Virus genome (UHGV): UHGV-1601204
Reading direction: 5' to 3' (one strand)
Length of the DNA stretch: 19,317 nucleotides
DNA from: a virus
Below, piece after piece: positions 1 through 8,072 of the stretch (within the stretch, counting starts at the first letter, position 1; each line of letters opens with the position of its first letter). Position numbers and translations under genes: made by a program. A model generated the notes under the pieces. The model saw only the letters and a program-made list of their open reading frames with translations. It was not told where the DNA came from and made no database searches.

Positions 1-186
1 CAGATTAAAGAGCGTGGCGCTTTGCCGATGATTGATCGCGGTGATATCCGTCAGGCTATCGACCGTTGCAGCAATATATGGGCTTCACTGCCGGGCGCTG
101 GTTATGGTCAGTTCGAGCATAAGGCTGACAGTCTGATTGCAAAATTCAAAGAAGCTGGCGGAACGGTCAGAGAGATTGAGGTATGA
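1..186 (+). CDS. R: Endolysin R (lambda R-like lytic transglycosylase), 3' portion; 5' end lies upstream of the window
   Basis: Frame 1 reads [61 protein letters not shown], then TGA at 184-186. This matches the C-terminus of phage lambda R as I recall it. The stop overlaps the Rz start (GTATGA). Confidence 0.85.
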   Translation, partial: QIKERGALPMIDRGDIRQAIDRCSNIWASLPGAGYGQFEHKADSLIAKFKEAGGTVREIEV

Positions 187-647
187 GCAGAGTAACCGCG
201 ATTATCTCCGCTCTGGTTATCTGCATCGTCGTCTGCCTGTCATGGGGTGTTAATCATTACCGTGATAACGCCATCGCCTACAAAGAACAGCGCGACAAAA
301 ATGCCAGAGAACTGAAGCTGGCGAACGCGGCAATTACTGACATGCAGATGCGTCAGCGTGATGTTGCTGCGCTCGATGCAAAATACACGAAGGAGTTAGC
401 TGATGCGAAAGCTGAAAATGATGCTCTGCGTGATGATGTTGCCGCTGGTCGTCGTCGGTTGCACATCAAAGCAGTCTGTCAGTCAGTGCGTGAAGCCACC
501 ACCGCCTCCGGCGTGGATAATGCAGCCTCCCCCCGACTGGCAGACACCGCTGAACGGGATTATTTCACCCTCCGGGAACGACTGGTAATGATGCAGGCCC
601 AACTTGAAGGTGCTCAGCAATACATAACCGAGCAGTGTTTAAAGTAA
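183..647 (+). CDS. Rz: i-spanin Rz (inner-membrane spanin subunit)
   Basis: 154-aa ORF with an N-terminal hydrophobic anchor ([14 protein letters not shown]) and a coiled-coil-rich periplasmic part. Near-identical to lambda Rz from memory. Sits directly after R, as in the lambda lysis cassette. Confidence 0.93.
   Translation: MSRVTAIISALVICIVVCLSWGVNHYRDNAIAYKEQRDKNARELKLANAAITDMQMRQRDVAALDAKYTKELADAKAENDALRDDVAAGRRRLHIKAVCQSVREATTASGVDNAASPRLADTAERDYFTLRERLVMMQAQLEGAQQYITEQCLK
403..588 (+). CDS. Rz1: o-spanin Rz1 (outer-membrane lipoprotein), embedded in Rz in the +1 frame
   Basis: 61-aa ORF wholly inside Rz in another frame. Signal peptide with lipobox (LVVVGC) and a proline-rich mature part ([16 protein letters not shown]). 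Matches lambda Rz1 from memory. Confidence 0.9.
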   Translation: MRKLKMMLCVMMLPLVVVGCTSKQSVSQCVKPPPPPAWIMQPPPDWQTPLNGIISPSGNDW

Positions 648-784
648 AATCTTAACTACAATATGATTCATTTTGATGATTGTTTCATAAGGAACAGTGA
701 AGTAAGATCTAAGAGGAGTTAAATTTTATACAGTATAATCATAATATTGCAGCAAGGTGGTTATAATTGAAAGAATATTTAGAT

Positions 785-2242
785 ATGAATACATCTCATG
801 TAAGAGTTGTTACTCATATGTGTGGGTTCCTGGTTTGGCTCTATAGTCTTTCAATGTTGCCACCAATGGTTGTAGCATTGTTTTATAAAGAAAAAAGCCT
901 GTTCGTTTTCTTTATAACTTTCGTTATATTTTTTTGCATTGGTGGCGGAGCGTGGTATACAACTAAGAAATCTGGCATTCAATTACGTACCCGTGATGGG
1001 TTTATTATAATTGTAATGTTTTGGATTTTGTTTTCTGTTATTAGTGCATTCCCTTTATGGATTGACTCAGAACTTAATTTAACGTTCATTGATGCTCTGT
1101 TTGAAGGGGTTTCTGGAATAACAACAACAGGAGCAACTGTAATTGATGATGTTAGTTCATTACCTCGGGCATATTTGTACTATCGGTCACAGTTAAATTT
1201 TATAGGTGGTTTAGGAGTTATTGTTCTGGCGGTTGCTGTATTGCCATTATTGGGTATTGGTGGTGCAAAGCTTTATCAGTCAGAAATGCCGGGGCCATTT
1301 AAGGATGACAAACTCACTCCCCGCCTGGCCGATACGTCACGGACACTGTGGATAACTTATTCTTTATTAGGTATTGCTTGTATTGTCTGTTATAGACTTG
1401 CAGGAATGCCTTTGTTTGATGCTATTTGTCACGGGATTTCCACAGTTTCGCTTGGTGGTTTCTCAACTCATAGCGAGAGTATCGGATATTTTAATAACTA
1501 TTTGGTTGAGCTGGTGGCTGGTTCTTTTTCCCTGCTATCGGCTTTCAACTTCACTCTTTGGTATATTGTTATTAGCAGGAAAACGATAAAACCTTTAATC
1601 AGAGATATTGAACTTCGTTTCTTTCTGTTAATAGCCTTAGGGGTGATCATTGTTACCTCTTTCCAGGTCTGGCATATAGGTATGTATGACTTGCATGGAA
1701 GTTTTATTCATTCGTTTTTTCTTGCCAGCTCCATGCTCACTGATAATGGTTTAGCTACGCAGGATTATGCAAGTTGGCCCACGCACACGATAGTGTTTTT
1801 GCTGTTGTCAAGTTTCTTTGGGGGATGTATAGGTTCAACTTGTGGTGGAATTAAGTCACTTCGATTTCTTATACTTTTCAAACAAAGCAAACACGAGATA
1901 AATCAGCTTTCTCATCCCAGAGCGTTGTTGAGTGTAAATGTAGGAGGGAAGATAGTTACAGATCGTGTAATGAGGTCTGTATGGAGTTTCTTTTTTCTTT
2001 ATACTCTCTTCACGGTGTTTTTTATACTGGTGTTAAATGGTATGGGATATGATTTTCTTACATCATTTGCAACAGTGGCTGCATGTATTAATAATATGGG
2101 ATTAGGTTTTGGGGCTACTGCATCGTCATTCGGAGTGCTTAATGACATTGCAAAATGTTTAATGTGCATAGCTATGATTCTTGGTCGCCTTGAAATTTAT
2201 CCTGTTATTATATTGTTTTCAGGTTTTTTTTGGCGCTCCTAA
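785..2242 (+). CDS. trkG: Trk-system potassium uptake protein TrkG (TrkH/TrkG family membrane transporter); moron cargo gene
   Basis: 485-aa polytopic membrane protein starting MNTSHVRVVTHMCGF at ATG 785 (the track's 767 start is an upstream TTG). Recognised as TrkG/TrkH family (GxTTTGATV and EMPGPFKDDKLTPRLADT motifs, C-terminal LGRLEIYPVIILF). Hand-counted 60-nt lines are about 32-38% GC versus about 50-55% in neighbouring phage genes. In E. coli K-12, trkG sits in the Rac prophage next to the Rz-like genes. Confidence 0.9.
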   Translation: MNTSHVRVVTHMCGFLVWLYSLSMLPPMVVALFYKEKSLFVFFITFVIFFCIGGGAWYTTKKSGIQLRTRDGFIIIVMFWILFSVISAFPLWIDSELNLTFIDALFEGVSGITTTGATVIDDVSSLPRAYLYYRSQLNFIGGLGVIVLAVAVLPLLGIGGAKLYQSEMPGPFKDDKLTPRLADTSRTLWITYSLLGIACIVCYRLAGMPLFDAICHGISTVSLGGFSTHSESIGYFNNYLVELVAGSFSLLSAFNFTLWYIVISRKTIKPLIRDIELRFFLLIALGVIIVTSFQVWHIGMYDLHGSFIHSFFLASSMLTDNGLATQDYASWPTHTIVFLLLSSFFGGCIGSTCGGIKSLRFLILFKQSKHEINQLSHPRALLSVNVGGKIVTDRVMRSVWSFFFLYTLFTVFFILVLNGMGYDFLTSFATVAACINNMGLGFGATASSFGVLNDIAKCLMCIAMILGRLEIYPVIILFSGFFWRS

Positions 2243-2328
2243 TATATGGCTGATTTATAATTGTGAGTTTAATATTATGTTGACTCACTCATTGATCCAA
2301 TACCTAACTTTACCAGCAACACCTCCGT

Positions 2329-2363
2329 CCCCAGTAGCACTGGCTGCTGGGGTGCGTTTTATT
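2329..2363 (+). terminator. Putative intrinsic terminator downstream of trkG
   Basis: 10-bp stem (2329-2338 pairing with 2343-2352, one G-U wobble) with loop ACTG, then TGCGTTTTATT. The U-tract is short and interrupted. Confidence 0.4.
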
Positions 2364-2379
2364 CATAAAGCAAGGCTGT

Positions 2380-3171
2380 ATGAGCGAGAAATTAAAGATA
2401 GTCTATCGCCCATTACAAGAATTGTCACCGTATGCGCACAACGCCAGGACGCACAGTACTGAGCAGGTGGCACAACTGGTAGAAAGTATTAAGCAATTCG
2501 GCTGGACTAATCCGGTGCTGATTGACGAAAAGGGCGAAATTATTGCGGGTCACGGTCGTGTTATGGCGGCTGAAATGCTCAAAATGGATTCTGTTCCGGT
2601 CATTGTTCTGTCTGGCCTGACGGATGAGCAGAAAAAGGCGTACCGCCTGGCAGATAATCGCCTGCCGATGAATGCTGGCTGGGATGAAGATCTGTTGCGG
2701 ATGGAGCTGTCGGACCTAATCAATGCTGATTTTGATGTCTCCCTGACAGGCTTCATCCCGACAGAAATTGATGAACTGTTGACGGATGTTTTGCCCGGTA
2801 CAGGAAATGAGGAGGAGCCGTATACGACGAAAATTGATACGCCTGTTTATGAGCCGTCGGGCGGTAAACCGGATATCAGTGAACTGTACGACGATACGAA
2901 AACTCAGGAGCTGATCAGCCGGATACGTTCGGCGTCCCTTGAGCCTGATATTGAGAAATTCCTCCTGTGTGCGGCAGAACGTCACACGGTGTTTAATTTC
3001 AGCAGAATTGCGGACTATTACGCTCACGCCCCCTCTGAAATTCAGTGTTTTTTCGAGGAGTCGGCGCTGGTGATCATTGATTATCAGCAGGCTATTGAAA
3101 ATGGATTTGTCCGGATGACGCAGCGCATGGTGGAGATCATGCATGGTGGTGAGGAGGAGGAATATGCGTGA
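2380..3171 (+). CDS. ParB-like nuclease domain (ParB/Srx fold) protein, function unknown
   Basis: 263-aa ORF. N-terminal region resembles the ParB N-terminal domain: LSPYAHNARTHSTEQVAQLVESIKQFGWTNPVLIDEKGEIIAGHGRVMAA with a GxGR-type motif. The acidic C-terminal half is unassigned. SD-like AAGG upstream. Position matches ynaK downstream of trkG in Rac, as I recall. Confidence 0.7.
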   Translation: MSEKLKIVYRPLQELSPYAHNARTHSTEQVAQLVESIKQFGWTNPVLIDEKGEIIAGHGRVMAAEMLKMDSVPVIVLSGLTDEQKKAYRLADNRLPMNAGWDEDLLRMELSDLINADFDVSLTGFIPTEIDELLTDVLPGTGNEEEPYTTKIDTPVYEPSGGKPDISELYDDTKTQELISRIRSASLEPDIEKFLLCAAERHTVFNFSRIADYYAHAPSEIQCFFEESALVIIDYQQAIENGFVRMTQRMVEIMHGGEEEEYA

Positions 3172-4096
3172 TGATTTTTGCGCCTTTATTCTGACTCACG
3201 GGCGACCGGACAAAGTTCTGACTTACCGGACGTTGCGTCGTGCTGGCTATACCGGGAAAATTTTTATCGTTGTTGATGATGAAGATAAGACACGGCATCA
3301 GTACATGGCTGAATTTGGTGAACAGGTGCTGGTGTTTTCCAAAGCCGATATCGCCAGTCGTTTTGACGAAGCCGATAATTTCTGTGACCGCCGCTCAATT
3401 TTTTACGCCCGTAATGCCTGTTTCGACCTGGCAAAACTGGTCGGGTGTAAATACTTCATTCAGCTCGATGATGATTATCACGAGTTCCAGTTTCGGGTGG
3501 ATCGCAACTATGACCAGGCCTATTTTCCGATAAGGAAACTGGATGCGATCCTTTCTGAAATGCTGGCGTACTACGAATCAATACCTGCTCTTTCCATCGC
3601 TATGTCGCAGGGCGGGGATTTTCTTGGTGACAATGGCGGCCATGCTTCGTGGGTGAAACGCAAGGCAATGAACAGCTTTATCTGTTCGGTTGATCGACCG
3701 TTCTCATTCATGGGGCGCATTAACGAGGATGTGAATACGTACACGAATCTCGGTCGCTGTGGTGAATTGTTTATGACGATCGGTGCTGTCCAGTTAGGGC
3801 AGAAACAGACGCAGAAAAACAGCGGCGGAATGACCGAGCTGTATCTGGATTCCGGAACCTACGTTAAAAGTTTTTACTCCGTCATGTATGCGCCGTCGTG
3901 CGTAAAAATCTCACTGATGGGTGCCAGCCATAAACGCATTCACCATCAGGTCACCTGGAACAACGCTGCAGTAAAAATCCTTCACGAAAAATACAGGAAG
4001 AAGACACCCTGCATATCAATGGGGGTGACAAATGATTCCGTATTCGAAAGTCGAGTCTCTGGCAGCGTGCCGGATGACTGCACAACAAATCGCTGA
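3164..4096 (+). CDS. Hypothetical protein with DxD-type acidic motifs; possible nucleotide-sugar (GT-A-like) transferase, unverified
   Basis: 310 aa from ATG 3164, preceded by a strong SD (GAGGAGGAGG, 3151-3160); the track's 3143 start is less likely. Start overlaps the ParB-like stop (ATGCGTGA), suggesting translational coupling. Motifs: hydrophobic strand then acidic cluster (KIFIVVDDED; YFIQLDDDYHEF) and a C-terminal His cluster (HKRIHH). The fold assignment is my inference only. Confidence 0.6.
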   Translation: MRDDFCAFILTHGRPDKVLTYRTLRRAGYTGKIFIVVDDEDKTRHQYMAEFGEQVLVFSKADIASRFDEADNFCDRRSIFYARNACFDLAKLVGCKYFIQLDDDYHEFQFRVDRNYDQAYFPIRKLDAILSEMLAYYESIPALSIAMSQGGDFLGDNGGHASWVKRKAMNSFICSVDRPFSFMGRINEDVNTYTNLGRCGELFMTIGAVQLGQKQTQKNSGGMTELYLDSGTYVKSFYSVMYAPSCVKISLMGASHKRIHHQVTWNNAAVKILHEKYRKKTPCISMGVTNDSVFESRVSGSVPDDCTTNR

Positions 4097-4283
4097 CGTT
4101 CTGGATGTTGATCTGAACCGACTGAAAGAAAATCGGGAAGCAATGACAGATTTTTATGCGGCCATCCGTAAGGGCAGAGCGAAAGGTGAAGCCGAGTTAC
4201 GAGCGGCATTGTTTAAGCTTGCCAGAAAAGGGGATGCCTTTGCTCTGCGCGAACTACTCAGGGTGGATAAAAATCAGGACTAA
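4032..4283 (+). CDS. Small hypothetical protein, putative helix-turn-helix DNA-binding protein upstream of terS
   Basis: 83-aa ORF with SD-like GGGGGTGA (4021-4028) just before ATG 4032. Basic helical C-terminus (AAIRKGRAKGEAELRAALFKLARKGDAFALRELL). Overlaps the upstream gene by 65 nt, so the true start could be internal (for example ATG 4074). Confidence 0.5.
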   Translation: MIPYSKVESLAACRMTAQQIADVLDVDLNRLKENREAMTDFYAAIRKGRAKGEAELRAALFKLARKGDAFALRELLRVDKNQD

Positions 4284-4286
4284 CTG

Positions 4287-5381
4287 ATGAGCAGACCGGA
4301 CTGGGGGGCGTTGCAGCAGGAGTATATTGCTGAATACACCCGCTCCGGTATATCTCCGGTGGCATGGTGTGAAGCAAGGGGACTGAATTACGCAACAGCC
4401 CGTCGTTACATCAAAAAAACTCCGAAAAATGCGCAGACAGAAATGTGCAAAACTGCGCAAAAAAGTGCGCAGAAAAAATCTGCGCAGACTGCACAAAAGC
4501 GGAACGAAAAATCTCAGGAAAAAAAGCCAGTATTCGATGCGGGCCTGAATGAGGGCGACGCGGAGGAATTTTCGTTCTGTCCCGATGAATTCGGCATTTC
4601 TGACCAGCAGGCTAAGTTTGCGATGCTTGTTGCTCAGGGTAAAAAGCCGACAGAGGCGTACCGACTAGCCGGTTATGAGGGGCAAGGTGCGACAGCTAAT
4701 AGCAACGCCAGTCGTATGCTTAGAAATGCCAGGGTTTTTCGCGCTATCAGCTACTTCCGCAATCAGTACCAGAAACGCTATTCCGCAGACCTGGATTTAC
4801 TAGTGAGTCAGTTGATGGCCATTGTCCTGGCCGACCCCAATCAGCTTGCACAATTTCGCCGTGTTAACTGCCGTTATTGCTGGGGCGAGAATCATCTCTA
4901 CCAGTGGCGCGATATAGCAGAATTCGACAAGGCAGCGGCGCAGGCTTCCAGAGATGGCAAGCCCGAACCGGAATATGGAGGCCTCGGCTTTGTTGATAAC
5001 GCCATACCCAATCCGGACTGCCCGAAGTGCTGCGGTGAGGGAACGGGACAGCTTTATATGGCTGATACCACTCTGCTTGATGGGGATGCGCGGCAATTAT
5101 ATGCAGGGGCAAAATTCGGAAAATTCGGCGTTGAGATCCTGCTGGAGGATAAGGCTGCCGCCCGGCGTGAATTGTTGCGTTTGCTTTCTGCTGGCGGGGC
5201 TTTATGTGCAGATAAGCGGCTACAGGAACTGGAAATTGAACGGCGCAGAATGGAAAACCAGAAGCTGCGCAAAGAGATCGAAACGGTGGAAGATAATGAA
5301 CATCCCCAGCCTGTGGCGATCAATATTAATGTGGTTGATGCCAGAGTAAGGAGTGATGAAGATGATCTCTCCGACGCTTAA
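4287..5381 (+). CDS. terS: Terminase small subunit (TerS), Terminase_2-like
   Basis: 364 aa directly upstream of, and overlapping, the large terminase. N-terminal HTH-like segment (ISPVAWCEARGLNYATARRYIKK), then a low-complexity K/A/Q linker, then a region resembling the Terminase_2 small-subunit domain (AKFAMLVAQGKKPTEAYRLAGYEGQGATANSNASRMLRNARVFRAISYF). C-terminal Cys cluster and coiled coil. Confidence 0.8.
   Translation: MSRPDWGALQQEYIAEYTRSGISPVAWCEARGLNYATARRYIKKTPKNAQTEMCKTAQKSAQKKSAQTAQKRNEKSQEKKPVFDAGLNEGDAEEFSFCPDEFGISDQQAKFAMLVAQGKKPTEAYRLAGYEGQGATANSNASRMLRNARVFRAISYFRNQYQKRYSADLDLLVSQLMAIVLADPNQLAQFRRVNCRYCWGENHLYQWRDIAEFDKAAAQASRDGKPEPEYGGLGFVDNAIPNPDCPKCCGEGTGQLYMADTTLLDGDARQLYAGAKFGKFGVEILLEDKAAARRELLRLLSAGGALCADKRLQELEIERRRMENQKLRKEIETVEDNEHPQPVAININVVDARVRSDEDDLSDA
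4428..4500 (+). repeat. Array of TGCGCA-core direct repeats inside terS; candidate pac / TerS recognition site
   Basis: Exact TGCGCA at 4430, 4454, 4466 and 4481, plus variants TGTGCA (4444) and TGCACA (4490), most followed by A-runs. Spacing 9-15 bp. Encodes the linker KNAQTEMCKTAQKSAQKKSAQTAQKR. Confidence 0.4.
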
Positions 5382-6663
5382 TGTGCCTCAGGCGCGATTT
5401 CTTTCAATGCCCCATAAATTTAAAGCCTATATTGCTGGTTTTGGCTCGGGCAAAACATGGGTTGGGTGTGGCGGCATATGCAAGGGGATTTGGGAGCATC
5501 CAGGTATAAATCAGGGATATTTTGCGCCAACGTATCCCCAAATTCGCGATATTTTTTACCCTACAGTGGAAGAAGTTGCTGCTGACTGGGGATTGAACGT
5601 AAAAATTAATGAGGGAAATAAAGAGGTTCACTTTTATTACGGACGCCAGTATCGGGGAACCACTATCTGCAGATCGATGGAGAAGCCACAAACGATCGTC
5701 GGTTTCAAAATTGGTAATGCGTTGGTGGATGAACTGGACATTTTGCCGAAGGAAAAAGCCAGAACGGCGTGGCGCAAGATAATTGCACGTATGCGTTATA
5801 AGATTGATGGACTTCGCAACGGTATTGACGTTACAACCACGCCGGAAGGATTCAAATTTGTCTACGAGCAGTTTGTTAAAGCCGTGCGTGAAAAAACAGA
5901 GCTGGCCTCACTGTATGGTCTGGTGCAGGCATCTACTTTCGATAATGAAAAGAACCTGCCAGCAGATTACATTCCTTCGCTTCTTGAATCATACCCTCCA
6001 GAGCTGATTAAAGCCTATCTTCGAGGACAGTTTACTAACCTGACAAGTGGTACTGTTTACCATCAGTTTGACCGGAAACTGAATAATTGCGAAGAAGTGG
6101 AGCAGCCAGGGGAGCCGATTTATATTGGGATGGATTTTAACGTTGGAAAGATGGCGGGAATCGTCCATGTGCTGCGTTTGGGGCTTCCATGTGCGGTAAC
6201 TGAAATCATCAATGCCTACGATACGCCGGATATGATCCGCATCATTAAAGAACGCTTCTGGCTGTATGATGGGAATGATTACCGGAAAGTGAGGGAAATT
6301 TATATTTATCCAGATGCTTCCGGGGATTCCAGAAAATCAAGTAACGCAAGTACGACGGATATAGCCCAGCTTAAGCAGGCTGGTTTTAACGTTGTGGTGA
6401 ACAGCTCGAACCCGCCAGTAAAAGATCGCGTTAACTCAATGAATGCAATGTTCTGCAATGCCAATGGTGAGCGTCGCTATAAAGTTAATGTGAAGCGTTG
6501 CCCGTTATATGCCGAATCTCTGGAGCAACAGGTCTGGGATGAGAAGGGGGAGCCTGATAAAAAATCTGGCAATGATCACCCGAATGATGCCGGAGGTTAT
6601 TTCATCGTTAAGCAATTCCCTATTGTCAAACCGACCGGAAGAGTCACATCACTTCGGATTTAA
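5362..6663 (+). CDS. terL: Terminase large subunit (TerL), ATPase plus nuclease
   Basis: Walker A (AGFGSGKT), Walker B-like (ALVDELD), and C-terminal nuclease-type acidic motifs (IGMDFN, YPDASG, DHPNDAGG). Start chosen at ATG 5362, 8 nt after SD AAGGAG (5348-5353); the track's 5353 GTG is an alternative. Overlaps the terS end. Confidence 0.9.
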   Translation: MISPTLNVPQARFLSMPHKFKAYIAGFGSGKTWVGCGGICKGIWEHPGINQGYFAPTYPQIRDIFYPTVEEVAADWGLNVKINEGNKEVHFYYGRQYRGTTICRSMEKPQTIVGFKIGNALVDELDILPKEKARTAWRKIIARMRYKIDGLRNGIDVTTTPEGFKFVYEQFVKAVREKTELASLYGLVQASTFDNEKNLPADYIPSLLESYPPELIKAYLRGQFTNLTSGTVYHQFDRKLNNCEEVEQPGEPIYIGMDFNVGKMAGIVHVLRLGLPCAVTEIINAYDTPDMIRIIKERFWLYDGNDYRKVREIYIYPDASGDSRKSSNASTTDIAQLKQAGFNVVVNSSNPPVKDRVNSMNAMFCNANGERRYKVNVKRCPLYAESLEQQVWDEKGEPDKKSGNDHPNDAGGYFIVKQFPIVKPTGRVTSLRI

Positions 6664-6665
6664 TT

Positions 6666-8072
6666 ATGGCTGATATATCAACACCCAACCTCGACTATAA
6701 CGATATGCTGGAGGCGTGGGATATTAACGACGCACTGATGGGCGGTACGCTTGAAATGCGCAGGCAGGGGGAAAATTATCTCCCAAAATGGCCTAACGAA
6801 GATGAAGACGCTTATAAAAAACGCCTGTCTGTGGCTACGCTACTTCCTGTGTATGAAGAAAGCATCAAGCAAAATATTGGGCGCATATTTGCAGAGCCGA
6901 CAGTATTGAGTGAGGAAACGCCGGCAAAAATCAGGGAATATGCAGAAAATATCGACATGGAGGGGAGCCGACTGGATGTGTGGGCGCAGCAATTTTTCAG
7001 CCTCGCATTTCAGTATGGTGTGGCACATGCGCTGGTGGACTATCCACGAACGGATATGAAAGAGATTCGGACAAAAGCCGATGAAAACGCGGCCGGTGGT
7101 CGTCCGTACGTTACGATGCTGAATCCACGCCAGGTTATTGGATGGAAATCGAAAGTTGAACAAGGGAAAGTTGTTCTCACTGATTTGCGTATAAAAGAGG
7201 TCATCATTATTGATGGTGATGATTTCGGGCAGAAGAAGGTGGAGCAGATCCGCCATATTATGCCCCGTCGAGTTGAAATTTATCGACGTAGCGAAGGCAC
7301 TAATGGCGAATCTGTCTGGACGCTTCATGAGTCATGGAATACCAGCCGTGATGATATTCCTCTGGTAACACTGTACACGAAGAAAACAGGATTTATGCGT
7401 GGTACACCGCCATTGCTTAATCTTGGCTTGCTGAATATCAAGCACTGGCAAAGCCAGAGCGAGCAGGACAATATTCTTCATGTTGCCCGCGTTCCATTGC
7501 TGGTGGCCTACGGGCTGGACAGGAATGAAGAACTGACGGTTGGTGCATCCACCGCTACGATTTTTGAGGACAGAACAAAAAATGGCCTCGAATATGTTGA
7601 ACATAGTGGCGCAGCGATAGAATCTGGCGAAACATCACTTGAGAAGCTGGAAAATCAGATGCGTCATGCCGGCGCTAAACTTCTGCGTGCTGAAAATACA
7701 TCCACCAAATCTGTTGATCAGACTAATGAAGAGCGAATGCAGGAAAACTCGCCGCTTTATACAATGGCGAACTCCCTCGAAGATGCCCTCGATAATATTC
7801 TCCAGATAATGGCGGAATGGATCGGAGAGAGTTGCGGTGGCAATGTGGATGTGCGCACTGAACTGGATGTATCTGCCCAGGTGTTTGACTCATCCTCCGC
7901 GCTGGCTGTTCAGTCATTGCGTCAGGGCGGTGATATACGTCAGATTGATGCGGTTCGGGTGTTGCAGGCGTTGAAATTTATCGATCAGGATTCCCGTCCA
8001 GAGGAAGTGATCGATGAATTAAAAAATCAGAGTGTAATGCTGATGGAAATCAATGATGCAAACCGTGAATGA
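6666..8072 (+). CDS. Portal protein
   Basis: 468-aa ORF immediately after TerL (stop TAA 6661-6663, ATG 6666), in the canonical portal position. Acidic C-terminus. Assigned by synteny and size plus family recollection; not searched. Confidence 0.75.
   Translation: MADISTPNLDYNDMLEAWDINDALMGGTLEMRRQGENYLPKWPNEDEDAYKKRLSVATLLPVYEESIKQNIGRIFAEPTVLSEETPAKIREYAENIDMEGSRLDVWAQQFFSLAFQYGVAHALVDYPRTDMKEIRTKADENAAGGRPYVTMLNPRQVIGWKSKVEQGKVVLTDLRIKEVIIIDGDDFGQKKVEQIRHIMPRRVEIYRRSEGTNGESVWTLHESWNTSRDDIPLVTLYTKKTGFMRGTPPLLNLGLLNIKHWQSQSEQDNILHVARVPLLVAYGLDRNEELTVGASTATIFEDRTKNGLEYVEHSGAAIESGETSLEKLENQMRHAGAKLLRAENTSTKSVDQTNEERMQENSPLYTMANSLEDALDNILQIMAEWIGESCGGNVDVRTELDVSAQVFDSSSALAVQSLRQGGDIRQIDAVRVLQALKFIDQDSRPEEVIDELKNQSVMLMEINDANRE

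Noticed and set aside
726-767. Possible sigma70 promoter for trkG (TATAAT-like hexamers at 734-739 and 762-767)
   Set aside because: No acceptable -35 element at 16-19 bp spacing for either hexamer. In such AT-rich DNA, TATAAT-like hexamers occur by chance. Noted in a finding but not called as a feature.
1374-1589. Nested + strand ORF inside trkG; similarly 3240..3533, 5783..6007, 9319..9609, 9664..9894, 10407..10718, 12380..12667, 15717..15923, 17207..17422, 18920..19108 and 19109..19309
   Set aside because: Alternative-frame ORFs wholly inside, or overlapping, confidently assigned genes, without RBS. Only Rz1 (403..588) is accepted as a real embedded gene, because it matches a known protein.
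2263-2288. Inverted repeat GTGAGT...ACTCAC just after the trkG stop
   Set aside because: Only 6 bp of stem with a 14-nt AT-rich loop and no following U-tract. The 2329-2363 hairpin is a better terminator candidate.
2181-2462. 93-aa + ORF spanning the trkG 3' end and the ParB-like gene start
   Set aside because: It runs through the intergenic hairpin/terminator and overlaps two better-supported genes in other frames. No SD.
2716-3144. 142-aa minus-strand ORF, with 2550..2756 (-)
   Set aside because: Antisense to the ParB-like gene, with no SD or start context. Treated as a shadow ORF.
4800-5323. Minus-strand ORFs 4800..5096, 4864..5112 and 5054..5323, and the nested + ORF 4954..5349
   Set aside because: All overlap terS, whose frame carries recognisable terminase small-subunit features. 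Alternative-frame and antisense ORFs with no supporting signals.
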